Assembly: GCF_001194135.2 (NCBI RefSeq)
Contig: NC_068981.1
Coordinates: forward strand, 149,745,075 to 149,809,074
Direction of reading: 5' to 3'
Length of the DNA stretch: 64,000 bases
DNA from: Octopus bimaculoides
Lineage: Eukaryota
Under the pieces are notes generated by a model. The model was not told the origin of the DNA, made no database searches, and saw only the letters and a list, made by a program, of their open reading frames with translations. Position numbers and translations under genes: made by a program. Every line of letters starts with the position of its first letter. Within the stretch, counting starts at the first letter, position 1. Shown here one piece after another: positions 12,330-26,479 of this stretch.

Positions 12330-12720
12330 TGTACGGCTCTCCGTGAGCAGAGAAACATAGATACAGTAATAGAAATAAAATTTGCCTAAAAGTGTTACTG
12401 ATTTTAAGTAGGCTACCAACAGCAGAGTCTGGCGATATGTATCTATTTTACATAGAATAATACAATGTTAAAATTTAGCTGAATGGGCCAGAATTTGTGA
12501 CAATCAATACGGCGATTACAAATTCTGAATGGACATGATAATATATTTTCAGAGAAGTATAATTTTAAAGACAAACATGCTAACTGTGAACTAGCGTTGC
12601 AATAAGCACCACGTATTATAACATATCTGCCGCCTCTTTCACAATAAATTACCTTACAGAGGAATTCTTTTGAGGGATGTAGTTTTAGCAATGATGCTGA
12701 ATACGATACTCCATGTGTTT
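12330..12720 (-). mobile_element. Decayed mariner-like transposase fragment
   Basis: Minus translations IIRGAYCNASSQL (cf. TITGAYYASLL.QL), ISPDSAVG (cf. YSPDLAPS) and YLKSVTLLGKF in the expected order. Confidence 0.35.
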
Positions 12721-13992
12721 CATCAACTATTGTTCTCCAAATCTATTAAGTCAAAAGCGTTTGAATAGACTTGTGAGCAATTTAGGAGTTGATAAAGTAA
12801 AAGTGACTTATTTGATTACCCTTGCCATAAAACTTGGTCAATTTACCACCATAAGATAATAGTTTCCGCAATTATCGTTTGTGGTTTTCTAAAATTTTTA
12901 CTCAATGAAGAAAAGGTGCTTGTTAATTCAAAGGTGTCTACGGCTTAGAGCAATATGCAAATAATTATTACGATAGGAAAGAAGCTTTAAAATGATTCTT
13001 GTAAATGGAATAACATAAATGTCCTACATTACAATAACAAGAGAACACAACTGAAGTGTATGTAACTATTCTAAAGTAATCTCATGAATTCCTTACACTT
13101 CTGTTAACTCGTTGATAAAGATGAACGAAATAACTTATAATGAAATATACGATGTATTATATATCAAAGAGAAAAAGAACATGAATTCGGTAAATGCGGT
13201 ATACAGTATAAAGATCTTATAGATCTTAAAAAAATGCTTTCCTCAACTTCAAAATTTTTTTACCCATGATGTTTTTCGATGAGTAACGTCACAAGTGAAT
13301 ACTGAAATGAATGACCTACCGAAAGCAAATGGTTTAAGCTATTTTGTAATCTCTTTCGATTTCCACTTCAATCCAATGCATTTCATTTCTACCAAACACA
13401 CAAATGCTCTTGATAAATAGATGGAAGTCTCCCAATTTTAACTCTTCATTGTTAATACGATAGCTTTTATTATGACGTTTCTGATACCTTACAACCCGTG
13501 TTTATGGAGATATTTATCCTCCGGTGAAGTCTTCCACTCATTTACTAATTTATTACAGTATCGTAGCGAGAAAATATCTAATGCATTGGATTTTTACCTG
13601 CGCTAAAAGCTTTGGAGTATAGAAAAACAGAACCGCTGTAATAAGACGCAAATTTGAGTTTCTTATCACATTTCGTAATTTTATTTATGTTAATAATCAC
13701 ATCCTCTAAAAGCCACATAATATCATTCCGAAAATTTATAGATTTATGGACATGTGCCAGTATAAGAAACCAATAAATTTGAACCGTTAGTTTCAAGAAC
13801 GATGGAGATGTCTAAAACCGTAGACATATCCTTTAGCCGCTATTGGTCTTCATTTTATCATTAGTGCAAACAATATTATATTCGATACTATATAGGGAGT
13901 CAAAATACCAAATATAGTCTCTTACCTGACGGAGAGGGACCAAACTGAGAGAACTGAACAAAAGTACCTTGTTTGATACACACACACACAAA

Positions 13993-14042
<50 letters not shown>

Positions 14043-15074
14043 CACATATATATATACATATTCATAAATGTTAATATATTACCATACGTATTACTATAAT
14101 TTGTTTCTTCAGCATAGGCATTCGGTAAAACAATTTTCCATTTACAAAGTAAATTCGAATCAAGATAACGTTCGAAAATCATCTGCACTATATTGGTTAC
14201 TACTCTTAATTATGACTCCCTGAGATGTTACGCAAGTTTTTATTCCGGCTGACATAATTTCTCTATACGAGAATCGTTGAATTTTCTGGAGGAAATTAAA
14301 AACGTCCACAAATCTGTTCAGACTTTGTAATATTAGAACGTGGAAGATGTAGCCTATTATCAGATTTCAAGAGCAAATAAATATTTCAGATCGCCTACGT
14401 CAGATAAATATGACTATCACAATGTCCTATTCATCATTCTATATAGGTGAGTTATTAAACCTGTGCAACAAGACATTATCTGCATTCATTCATCTTATTT
14501 TCTTGGAAGAATGCTTTTAAAAATATTTCTTCGTTGTATCAATAAATATAAATTCCATCTTAGCTCATATATTGTTAAAACGTATTTAACGTTACAAAAG
14601 AAGCTACTACGTTTGTAGTATTCTGAGAAAACTTGCAAAGGGTGTATGTGTGTATGTAATGTATGTATGTATGTATGTATGTATATANNNNNNNNNNNNN
14701 NNNNNNNNNNNNNNNNNNNNNNNNNNNNNNNNNNNNNNNNNNNNNNNNNNNNNNNNNNNNNNNNNNNNNNNNNNNNNNNNNNNNNNNNNNNNNNNNNNNN
14801 NNNNNNNNNNNNNNNNNNNNNNNNNNNNNNNNNNNNNNNNNNNNNNNNNNNNNNNNNNNNNNNNNNNNNNNNNNNNNNNNNNNNNNNNNNNNNNNNNNNN
14901 NNNNNNNNNNNNNNNNNNNNNNNNNNNNNNNNNNNNNNNNNNNNNNNNNNNNNNNNNNNNNNNNNNNNNNNNNNNNNNNNNNNNNNNNNNNNNNNNNNNN
15001 NNNNNNNNNNNNNNNNNNNNNNNNNNNNNNNNNNNNNNNNNNNNNNNNNNNNNNNNNNNNNNNNNNNNNNNNNN

Positions 15075-15129
<55 letters not shown>

Positions 15130-15586
15130 CATAAATATATGTACATATATATGTGTATGTATACATTTCTAATATCATCCGAAATGCTATAGAAATCCTG
15201 GCATGTTTTAGTGTTATTTATTGTCTAGAATAATATAAATGTATAGGATAATCTATGACAAGCTTATAAGCACAAATATCTTTTTTTCTTATATCTTATC
15301 GACTGCGTAAATCGCATACAGCTAATGTATCTATTTCGATAACCACGTTTTAAAATATTCTTCGTATATAAATCATAAAGTCAAGACAAATGTCTACAGA
15401 AATCCCAAGAGCTATTAGTTTCATAGTAAGCAGCGCGGTGATCACATTAGAATAAATGGTAATATTTCAATGAACTAAATCTGCAAAGTAGTTGCAATTT
15501 TTAGATGCAACGATTTCATATCACCTTAGGCAAATGATTTGAATATCACACTTACTTCAACTTGACACAAGACGTTCGTTCATGTG

Positions 15587-15645
<59 letters not shown>

Positions 15646-15710
15646 CGCACATGTTTGTATGCGAATGTATGCATGTTTATGTATATGTAGATATATACAT
15701 ACATGCTTAC

Positions 15711-15773
<63 letters not shown>

Positions 15774-15845
15774 CATATATATATATTGATAGACAGGAAA
15801 ACAAATGAAAGAAAGAAACCTCGATATTATGTAAATAGAGGAATT

Positions 15846-16041
15846 TATCTGTAAAAATATGTGACACTTATTCGGTAGCCATGATAAAACTCCGAGTTTC
15901 GGATGCGTGGTGGGATTTTTTTCACATGAATTTTCAATGGCCGGATAACTGAAAAGATGTTGGCATGGCTTCCCACCCCGGCATCCGAAACTCGGAGTTT
16001 TATCATGGCTACCGAATAAGTGTCACATATTTTTACAGATA
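15846..16041. repeat. Perfect 61-bp inverted repeat (15846-15906 / 15981-16041) with ~74-nt centre; MITE-like
   Basis: The arms are exact reverse complements by manual check, with TA at both outer ends. The right arm abuts an N-gap. Confidence 0.9.
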
Positions 16042-16213
16042 NNNNNNNNNNNNNNNNNNNNNNNNNNNNNNNNNNNNNNNNNNNNNNNNNNNNNNNNNNN
16101 NNNNNNNNNNNNNNNNNNNNNNNNNNNNNNNNNNNNNNNNNNNNNNNNNNNNNNNNNNNNNNNNNNNNNNNNNNNNNNNNNNNNNNNNNNNNNNNNNNNN
16201 NNNNNNNNNNNNN

Positions 16214-16272
<59 letters not shown>

Positions 16273-16858
16273 TGTATAGTATATTTCATTAAATAAAGAC
16301 CGAACAGAATTAATGTTTTTGGAACTTGGTAAATAATCTTCTTCTAGGGTGTATAACCCGCTACTGCGTGCCACAAATCAGCCGTTTAACTACTCCCTCT
16401 CCCCGTGTTATTTCCTTGATGACTTAGTTAAGTTCCTCGATAGTTTGAACCTTTATACTTTCAATGTTTTCCTTCTTGTTTTCTTGTTGAATATGCTTTT
16501 CATAAAACGTGATTCGAAAATACAGCAGTAACCTTTGTCCATGACATTGTGGAAAAATTTGAACTACGCATTAGCCAACAGAAATATGTGTTATTCATCT
16601 CGGAGTTCCTTATTCCAAAGACTATGACAGATGTGTAGCAGTAGGGCCAGTGTAATGATATTATGGTTTGAAGTTTTCTATATTATTTTCGGCATTTGCT
16701 AGTTAAGTAATCGCTCTTGGTCTCTTTGATCAAAAGAAAAGCTATTCAATTGCTATTGTTTAGGTATATGTCTGCATTAATGGAAGGGACCTCTGATCAT
16801 ATGCACTCCTTTACTTCTTCAGTATATATTTTACAATATGTCTGTTCGTTTTATGATA

Positions 16859-16930
16859 TAGTAAGGTGAGATTAGAGTGAAATTTAATTGCTGTTTCTAG
16901 TAGGTCAAGGACTCCGTAGAAGCTCTCTTG
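16859..16930 (+). repeat. Short dispersed repeat (third family; similar segments at ~10205-10260 and ~39220-39260)
   Basis: Shared degenerate motif GTGA/TGAT..TTAGAG.GAAATTT..(C)TGCT.TTTCTAG. Confidence 0.35.
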
Positions 16931-18338
16931 TTGCTTCGGTCAGAGGAAAAGTTGATATGAGAAATGAACGTTTTTCATAACCAATTTACAGCAACAGTAC
17001 TCATGGGTATATTACTAAAGTGTTTATTTAGAATAGCTAATTATTGAAAAGCTATTGACAAAATATCAGCAAATGACTATTCTCCCCATTATTGGGTGAT
17101 CTTTCTAATATACTGTTACTTCTGGTTAGCATATGTATATATTGGCGTTAACATGATTTTCTGAAGATGCTGACGTGTGTGAAAACGTAAGTTTATTGTG
17201 ATACATAAACCTAGTTTCTTTTGTCCATAACTCACAGGTTGTTAGCCTGTTATGTTCCCCTCCATAGGTAATTGAGATTTCTTTCTCTCTAACCTTAAGA
17301 TGACTTGAAGGTAACGAAAGCATAACAGCTACATTTCAATTTGTAAAGTATATCTTAAAAGTGTAAACAAACATTTCATGAAAACTAAGAATCTAAGATA
17401 GTTTCTGTAATGCAGTCGAAGCTTAACAAATTATACAAATAGTAAATGAAGAAAGACAGAAAACATTCATTATATTAGCTTTTGCTTCAAACCAAAATAT
17501 TGATTATACAGGCTGATATGTTGTAACTGCACTTGAAAGAGTAATGGTTGGTAATATCAAAATATATTGTATGTATATTGTATCTAAGAACTGTGAATCT
17601 CACTTGATGTTGAGCGTACATGAAAGTAACAACGGCAACAGAATTTCATTTAAAACAACCTATATTTAGAAAACAACATATGAATTATTTGTTTGTAAAA
17701 ATTCCTATTAGCATAGTTTGTGATATTGAAAACCAAACGAAACGAGGTTAGTTATTTTGTTTCGCTTTAATACTTCAATGAATGCAAAGAACGAAGATTT
17801 GTGTGATGAAATCACGTTATCTTGTACTTAGGTACAAATATACACACTCTTGTGGGCGTATGAAATTATTTTATTTGCAGCTAAGAGAATGTACTCAATA
17901 AACGTACTCAATACAAAAGTAGAGTGTCGACGTTCATTACTGAGCTGAATTGCTGAATTACTGTGTTACTACACAAACTTCCGTGTCTTTTTTTCCGCAA
18001 TGCACTTTACTGCTAGGCAAGAAACAATAGTAATACGTATTTACGTAGGTGAAACATGTACTCATTGAAATGTCATCAACTTTAATCTTCCCAGTAAAAG
18101 ACCCCTTTCAACAGCTGACCACCATACAGTTTTAACAATCACAGAAAAAGACCACTTCTTTCTTTTTTCTTTTCTTTCTTTCTTCTCCCTCTTACCAAAC
18201 CACCAAAAAATCAGCAAGCAAGCGCACACACGCACATATGCACAAACATACACACATAGCTGCACGTAAGTATGCACACATATAAATTCAAAATAAAAAA
18301 ACAATCTCTTCCCATGTCAACTCCACATTTCTCCAACT

Positions 18339-18412
<74 letters not shown>

Positions 18413-18739
18413 TACACACACACACAAACATATGTCTACAAGGCATATATTTTCTATAAAAAATATCATTTCTGATGAATCTCTGAAACAAGATGAAAGT
18501 ACTAAATAAATAATTATCCAAAAGTCTGACTATTTCCTTTGACTTATATATAAAATCTGTACTTCACTTCAAACATCTATACATATATATACGCACACAC
18601 ACACACACAAACACACACACACAGACACACACATACACACACGAACGCACACACACACACACACATACACACACGAACGCGCGCACACACACACACACAC
18701 GCACGCACACACACACACACACACGTGTTTGTCCTTATT

Positions 18740-19170
18740 TGTGCTCCCTCTGAAATCAGTCTCTAATACGTCTATCGTGGTTTGAACGGTTTTATCCATT
18801 TTGGTTTACAATGCAGTTTTGATTGTTTTGTCCAGTTCTTTGTTCTGTCTGAATTTTTACAACATCGTCTGTATTGCCTCTGATCTACGTTTTCAGTTCT
18901 CTTTATATGCTGTTAATATTTTCGATGATACGTTCTACAACACTTCGTGCTGTTTTGTTTCTTTCAAAGACTCTTCTGTTTCAATTACGTCATCGTTTTA
19001 AAAATCAGAGTAAAGATGCACGAAATCCGCTTCCTATTTTACTTCCAGCATTCAGCAAGGTGTTTATTGAAAATTAGTTTTATTCCATGTCGTCTTCCCA
19101 TCTTTTGTACTTCCTTTTGCTTTTGTGGTGTGATTGTAGAGCATAAAATTAGCAGAACCTATTTTTTTTA
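18740..19170 (-). mobile_element. Probable decayed LINE ORF2 fragment
   Basis: Strong strand skew (A-rich on minus). Semi-open Lys/Glu-rich frame HLYSDF*NDDVIETEESLKETKQHEVL*..KMDKTVQTTIDVLETD. No diagnostic motif. Confidence 0.25.
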
Positions 19171-19537
19171 TTTATATTCTTTTAAATTTTACGTTTAGAT
19201 TTTAACATTTAAAAAAAATTATTTTTCTTTTCATTCATTATATATTTTTAAATTTAACATTAAAAGATTATCACAATTTAATATGTATGTTCAGAGAGTT
19301 AATTAATTTCAAGATCGTAAAATTTTACACCACCAACATTTTAAGCTTGTAACTTATTCAGAACATAGATAAAGGGCACTTTATTTACCTGATGTGTACC
19401 ACTGTATTACTCCTCAAACATGATATGAAATTTGACGCCATGAAGGGTCACATTTAACCATAAACGGGCAAAGTATTTCACTCTAGCACTCCAGTAAATG
19501 ACAAAACTTGCAATTTTAGATACGTCTGTGTGCGTTT

Positions 19538-19613
<76 letters not shown>

Positions 19614-22063
19614 NNNNNNNNNNNNNNNNNNNNNNNNNNNNNNNNNNNNNNNNNNNNNNNNNNNNNNNNNNNNNNNNNNNNNNNNNNNNNNNNNNNNNNN
19701 NNNNNNNNNNNNNNNNNNNNNNNNNNNNNNNNNNNNNNNNNNNNNNNNNNNNNNNNNNNNNNNNNNNNNNNNNNNNNNNNNNNNNNNNNNNNNNNNNNNN
19801 NNNNNNNNNNNNNNNNNNNNNNNNNNNNNTATATAGTAAATGAGTATGGAGAACTAAGTTTTTGAGTTTCACGGATAAGCAGAGCAAGGAACGAATTGAA
19901 AGACGCACACTTTATCATTAAAAATATCTATCATAACAATAGTAGTTTTATTTATATTTATACAGCGGTTTGTGAGTCTATTTATATTATTCCGAACATA
20001 CATACATATACAATTCCATGCACATACTCGCACACATACGCGCGCGCACACACACAGATGTATATTTGCCTAACTGTATAAGATAAACACATATGAGTTT
20101 ATGAAATTCATGAATATTGGAAGAAAGTGGGCAAGATATCATAGAATACTAATTTACATTCATTAGATTTACATTCATTTGAATAATAAATTGGATATCA
20201 CATCATTCCAGTGAGGCTTAGCTCTGTAATCATTTTGCTTCTTTCAAAGACACTTATGCTACTTGTATGTCACCTTTATCGAAACCGCAGCAAATATACA
20301 CGAAAGCACCTCAGAACTTCCCGGAAAGGATTTTATTGGCAATTAAGGTTACATAATATATTCTTCATATCTTGGGCGCTTTTTTATATGTAAACACATG
20401 TGAAGAATATGTAATTATTATGATTAATAAATAGAAAGAAATTAGGGATTTCGAATATACAAAGATAACTTCTTCGAAATGATAAGATTATTTAAAAATG
20501 GAACGGCATTTTTTCTAAAGTAAAGCCCATAGATTTCGTTATCATGTACAGAGGTCTTATTGAATGCCATCATTGATTCTGAACTGAAAATTCACAATCT
20601 CTTTTCACGTTACCTTAATACTGTTATCGGTTGGTATTTACTTTAATTCGTCCTGAATGAGAAGCCCATGGCAGTATTCATCTGATAAGAATTTCACATT
20701 CAAAACATAATACGTTGAAAAAACAAAATTATTCTCACATCTACAAGTAGTTGTTTATGTGCGTATCTTGTCAGTTTTACATCTGGGTATCAATATACAA
20801 AGGTAACTTCAATGAGGTTAAAAAATAATCACGTTACTCTCCATGTGATTTATAAGCATGGTTAGAGATAGTTTAATATGGAAACAGCTGGTCCATGTAT
20901 GGCAGAAATGGATGAGTGAAAAGTAAGATATGTTGCAGCATTTAGTTTGTTAAATTTACGGAGTGCACAAATCCCAGTGAGGTTCATTTTGCTTTTCATC
21001 ATTATGAATTCGATAATATAAGACTATTTGAGTATTTTGGTTGATCTAATAGAACATACCCTTCTCTCGAATTTCAAGAGTTATGTGTATCTCTGAAGGC
21101 AATATTGTAACGATATGTAAACAAATCAGGCGAAAGTACGAATATATCAAATAAGGAAAATATTGTACTATGATATTTTCTTTTTCATGTCTGTTTTTTT
21201 TAATCTCCTCATCGCACATGCTATTTCAATATATATTCAAATTGCATATGCAACATTTCAACAAACTTTCAAAACCATACATATACACAACAGTCATATA
21301 TATCCGGCCATAGATAAGTCGGTAGATAAATGCACATATGAATATAAGTACGAATGTATATATTCATAAACATAGTTCTGTATAAATACACACATTTATC
21401 CACTTAAATACGCATATATACAAATAATGCTTGGTTACTAAGAAGAGAAACGGAATATTAATTGCCTTGACCTAAATACATATGTTTGTTGACTGTTTTC
21501 ACTAGACATACAGTTAGGTATGTTAACTGGATTTCAAAGCATTAGTAAATACTATTTGAAATATCAGATAAATCTGTCTTTAAGTCGCAGAACGCGGTCT
21601 TAAAAAACAGAGGTAATTTTGATACTGCAATCTTACACAAGATTCTAACGTAATGTAGGATAGTTATGAGCAGAATTTCTAGACCATTGGTTTGCGCATT
21701 TAGGTCAAACCTCGAACTTAAAAACAATCGATAAAATCATCATTGTATTATTCTCTAACTTTATGTTTCTTTAGTTCTGTGATATATTTACTCACTCCAA
21801 AACACCTGAATGCATTTAAATTAACTAGTTCAACTAAATTGCAGCTATGGACACACAATAAATATCTCCGTTCTCTATAACCATTAAATTACTATTATTT
21901 GAGCTTTTATTATCTTTGTTTATATTTGCAGTAGCAGTCCTTCTTCATAGCGTTAGGTTGCTTCAGCAGTTTGCATGATTTCCACATTTTCTCTTGCCTT
22001 TCTCTAGTTTCTTCCTTGTATATGTGTGTGTTTGTGTGTAGTTCGTGTGAGCTTTGTGCGCGC

Positions 22064-22120
<57 letters not shown>

Positions 22121-22556
22121 CGAGAATGTAATTGCAGTCGCTCTTGCTTATTAATGCTGGTAATGGATGCAATATTTCTTTTTTTTAGCCAGGCTTAGTG
22201 TATTATGTATTATTCTTTGTCTGATATCATATATAAATCAAGACTTGCACGCTATTGACGCTTGTCATTGAAATCCTGCCAGATTTCTTTGCTTTATCGG
22301 TATATTTCCAACCCAGTTCGTTTACAGTTAGTAGTAAGCGTTGTTGAAGATCCACAACGTAGTGAATTGTAGAGAGATGTTTAATCGCTCTGGACTTTGA
22401 CTGCTAATAGCATTAATCTGTCAGATGAAATATGTCCATAATTTGGAAAAAAAAAAATTCCATAATCTTTTTGCATTGTATGATGAAATGAAATAACGAT
22501 CATAAAATGGATATGCATACATATAAACTCACACACACAAATCTATATATACATGC

Positions 22557-22591
<35 letters not shown>

Positions 22592-22610
22592 CATACATAC
22601 ATACATACAT

Positions 22611-22641
<31 letters not shown>

Positions 22642-23108
22642 NNNNNNNNNNNNNNNNNNNNNNNNNNNNNNNNNNNNNNNNNNNNNNNNNNNNNNNNNNN
22701 NNNNNNNNNNNNNNNNNNNNNNNNNNNNNNNNNNNNNNNNNNNNNNNNNNNNNNNNNNNNNNNNNNNNNNNNNNNNNNNNNNNNNNNNNNNNNNNNNNNN
22801 NNNNNNNNNNNNNNNNNNNNNNNNNNNNNNNNNNNNNNNNNNNNNNNNNNNNNNNNNNNNNNNNNNNNNNNNNNNNNNNNNNNNNNNNNNNNNNNNNNNN
22901 NNNNNNNNNNNNNNNNNNNNNNNNNNNNNNNNNNNNNNNNNNNNNNNNNNNNNNNNNNNNNNNNNNNNNNNNNNNNNNNNNNNNNNNNNNNNNNNNNNNN
23001 NNNNNNNNNNNNNNNNNNNNNNNNNNNNNNNNNNNNNNNNNNNNNNNNNNNNNNNNNNNNNNNNNNNNNNNNNNNNNNNNNNNNNNNNNNNNNNNNNNNN
23101 NNNNNNNN

Positions 23109-23159
<51 letters not shown>

Positions 23160-23815
23160 CTACACTGACAATGAGATTGAATGCCAAAAAAGACGAATAA
23201 ATACAGGGATGGAAATGTGCGTATATGTTTAAATAAATACAAGGGTAGTTGAATTAAGTATCTGTTTGTTGAAAGTCTTGGCATGTATATACTTTTAAGT
23301 ACATAATTTCCATAAATCAATACCTTAGCAAATAAACTGGCAGTTCCATAAAAAACGAACTGTGCCCATATATTGTCATGTAGGCAATACTATTTATTGA
23401 AATAAAATATGTAAATATATGCAGGAACATAGATGTCGACTAAGCAAATCAAACTGAGAGATGACCAAAATTGACTGAATATCTAAAGAGGGCATGTGCT
23501 ATATTTAATAAGATATGTTTACACTCAAGTAAAGAGATACAATACAATTCTATGAATCAATGTGGTATAGTATCAGTATTCCACTTGACAATACGATAAT
23601 ATGTTATGAAGCTAATGACAATACTATGTTCACTTATATAGCACCGGTTGAAAGTGCAGATGTAAAGAACGCGTTAAGTGACACTTCTATTTAAGGAATT
23701 ACCTAGAAATTATGTATCTTTAATATATATGGTAGATTTTAATCATTATTTCATCTGTTTATAAATATGCGTATATATATGTGGGCGGAGCGTGTGTGTA
23801 TGTGTGTGTGTGTGT

Positions 23816-23913
<98 letters not shown>

Positions 23914-24709
23914 TGATATAAATCTTGCAGACCAACTTTTATTGTATTATATTTCTAGCAGTGAGGTATGGCTGTCGTATTCTCAACATGAATACATAAA
24001 CATTAGATATGTCTCTATGCATAATTCTCTTTCTTTCTGCTTATAACTGCCATATATTGACATACACACGAACACACGAATGCCCAAACACATACGCGTA
24101 TACACACGTGCGCATACACACTTAGACCCATTTGCACATGTACAGCTTCCATATATAATTGTGAATAATATATTATTGATTTACAAATATAGTTTATGGG
24201 TAAATTTATGTCCATAAATAAATATATAATTACTTGAATTCCTTATAAATATAATCGAACTATTTAAATTTCTTTTGTCTTCAAAACGGTCAAACATCAA
24301 TGATATATCACTTTGATATATCATTGATATATCAAATGTAAGCTACCGCTTACATTTGTTCATATATCGTTTACCAAGATATTCCTTATAAGCTCTTAAG
24401 TTTTGATAATAGGCCAGTATAAGTGATATTTTATTGAACGTTGTAAAAATAACAATACAAGTGAACTAGTTTAAGCCATGTAAGTTTTTAAGAATAAACA
24501 CTCTATAGTTATGTTTGCGTGGTATTGTGCGCACCTGTAAAGATTCTGTTGAATATGAATAACCCATTGCAATATATTATAACTCACTTCCTATGATTCA
24601 CATTGACTTCAGATTTAAGGATAAAATGATTGAATGGCATACCGATTAGATTACTTCTATGCATAAGGCTGTGATTTGTTGTTTTTGATGATGGCGATGA
24701 TGATGATAT

Positions 24710-24759
<50 letters not shown>

Positions 24760-24896
24760 NNNNNNNNNNNNNNNNNNNNNNNNNNNNNNNNNNNNNNNNN
24801 NNNNNNNNNNNNNNNNNNTACATACACATACATACATACGTACATACACTTACACACACGCAAAAACACACACAAACACACCCACTCACACACACC

Positions 24897-24937
<41 letters not shown>

Positions 24938-25559
24938 GAGAAATTACGATAAATAAAGAAACACAAATTTATATTACTTCTTCTGACGTGCATTTTATCA
25001 TTGTTGTCTGTAGAACACTTCATTGAACGTTCCAAGTGCAATTGAAGGCTTAAACATAGTGAATCCTCAGAGCTCACTTTATGGCATTATGTTAAAAGGA
25101 ACTAATGTCAATAGTGGTGTCGATGGTGATGAAAAGAAGAGATGAAATGAGAAGGGAAGGCATAATAAGTAATAGATGAATAAAATGATATTCTAATTTA
25201 GAAATATAAGTATTCATTTACAAACGTATCTATGCAAAACATAATAATGATTTCTTCTGATCTGTCGTAGAAGAAGCAATGAGAAAATTGATAAAAATGA
25301 CTGTCAAAAAACTGCCCTTCCAAATAGCAGTAAAGTTTTCCTGAATTAAAGTTGCAAGATATAACAGCAAAAAGCTGGTGAGAAGAAAGAGATAGAATGA
25401 ATGCTGGAAAAGGAAAACAAAATGTGTTCTAATATAAATTCCTCTATAAAAACGTTTCTGGAAAAAATGTCCTTAGTCATACATGAAAAAAATGTTGAAC
25501 TCGTTATTAAGAAGTAACGATGATGTTTGTTAAATATTATTAATGCAGTAAGATACATT

Positions 25560-25910
25560 ATTAGCGTTTCAGGCTGGATTAAATAGATGACGTCAGTTAA
25601 AATGTTTAATGTATACGATAAAATTTGTATCGTCATTTATGTTTTAAAGACATTATAGAATAAACTGAGAATGTACTAAACAGAACAAGAGGATATACGT
25701 GAGATGGCGGGTCGCTGAAGAGGGCACAGGATGTGTGACGAGAGATTTCTAGGCAAAGGACATAAAATGAGAGCAATAATAGATCTGAAGTAAAGAACGC
25801 ATATATAATGCGTGTTTGTTTGTTTGTTAAAAACGAAATGACCATCCTGAAATATAACGATATCTGTTTCAACGTACGATTTCACACCAGGAATCTTGCA
25901 AAGCAAATAC
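25560..25910 (+). mobile_element. Possible decayed mariner transposase N-terminal fragment
   Basis: Fragments KMFNVYDKICI.. and AEEGTGCVTRDF resemble the mariner HTH region; heavily disrupted. Confidence 0.25.
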
Positions 25911-26479
25911 ATAAACTTAAGAATTAAGTCTATATTTGATAAATTATTCCAGTAGCTATGGAAACGCTGTTACAATTGAAGAAATAAAAACGACGAATGT
26001 TGAATTGCATGGGTTTTCTAAAGATATTGCACCAAAAATTATCCAGATTTAAAGTAAATGAGAATAAATATCGGACATCCTTTTTCAGATATTGTGGACG
26101 GAATGAAATGAAAGTTTAGAAATTAAGTGTCAATCCGCATCTAAGGAGATAACAATTTTGACAAATGACTGCCCTCATAATTCTCCAAGGCCATTTATAT
26201 TTGTCATATATCAGTGTAATAGAAAATAAAACGAATCTTACGTGATATGCTTACTTTTAATCTCGCAATAAAATGACTTCGGAATAGCTGTTGCCATTCT
26301 AGAAATCACAAAAATATGACACCAGAGTGCGGTGCAAATAAGTCAATCATTACAACATACCTCAGTGTTTAGTAAACATTTTCATGCATTTAACTTGCTA
26401 TCATAAGCAATTCTGTATTACAAATGAATAAACCAATCAATGAACCATGATCCAGTTGACCTACGTGTATGTTAGACAA

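Noticed and set aside
17158-17196. CTGAAGATG...GAAAACGTA hammerhead-like string
   Set aside because: Stem II relies on G.U pairs with extra bases, there is an extra A in the core, and stem I is essentially absent.
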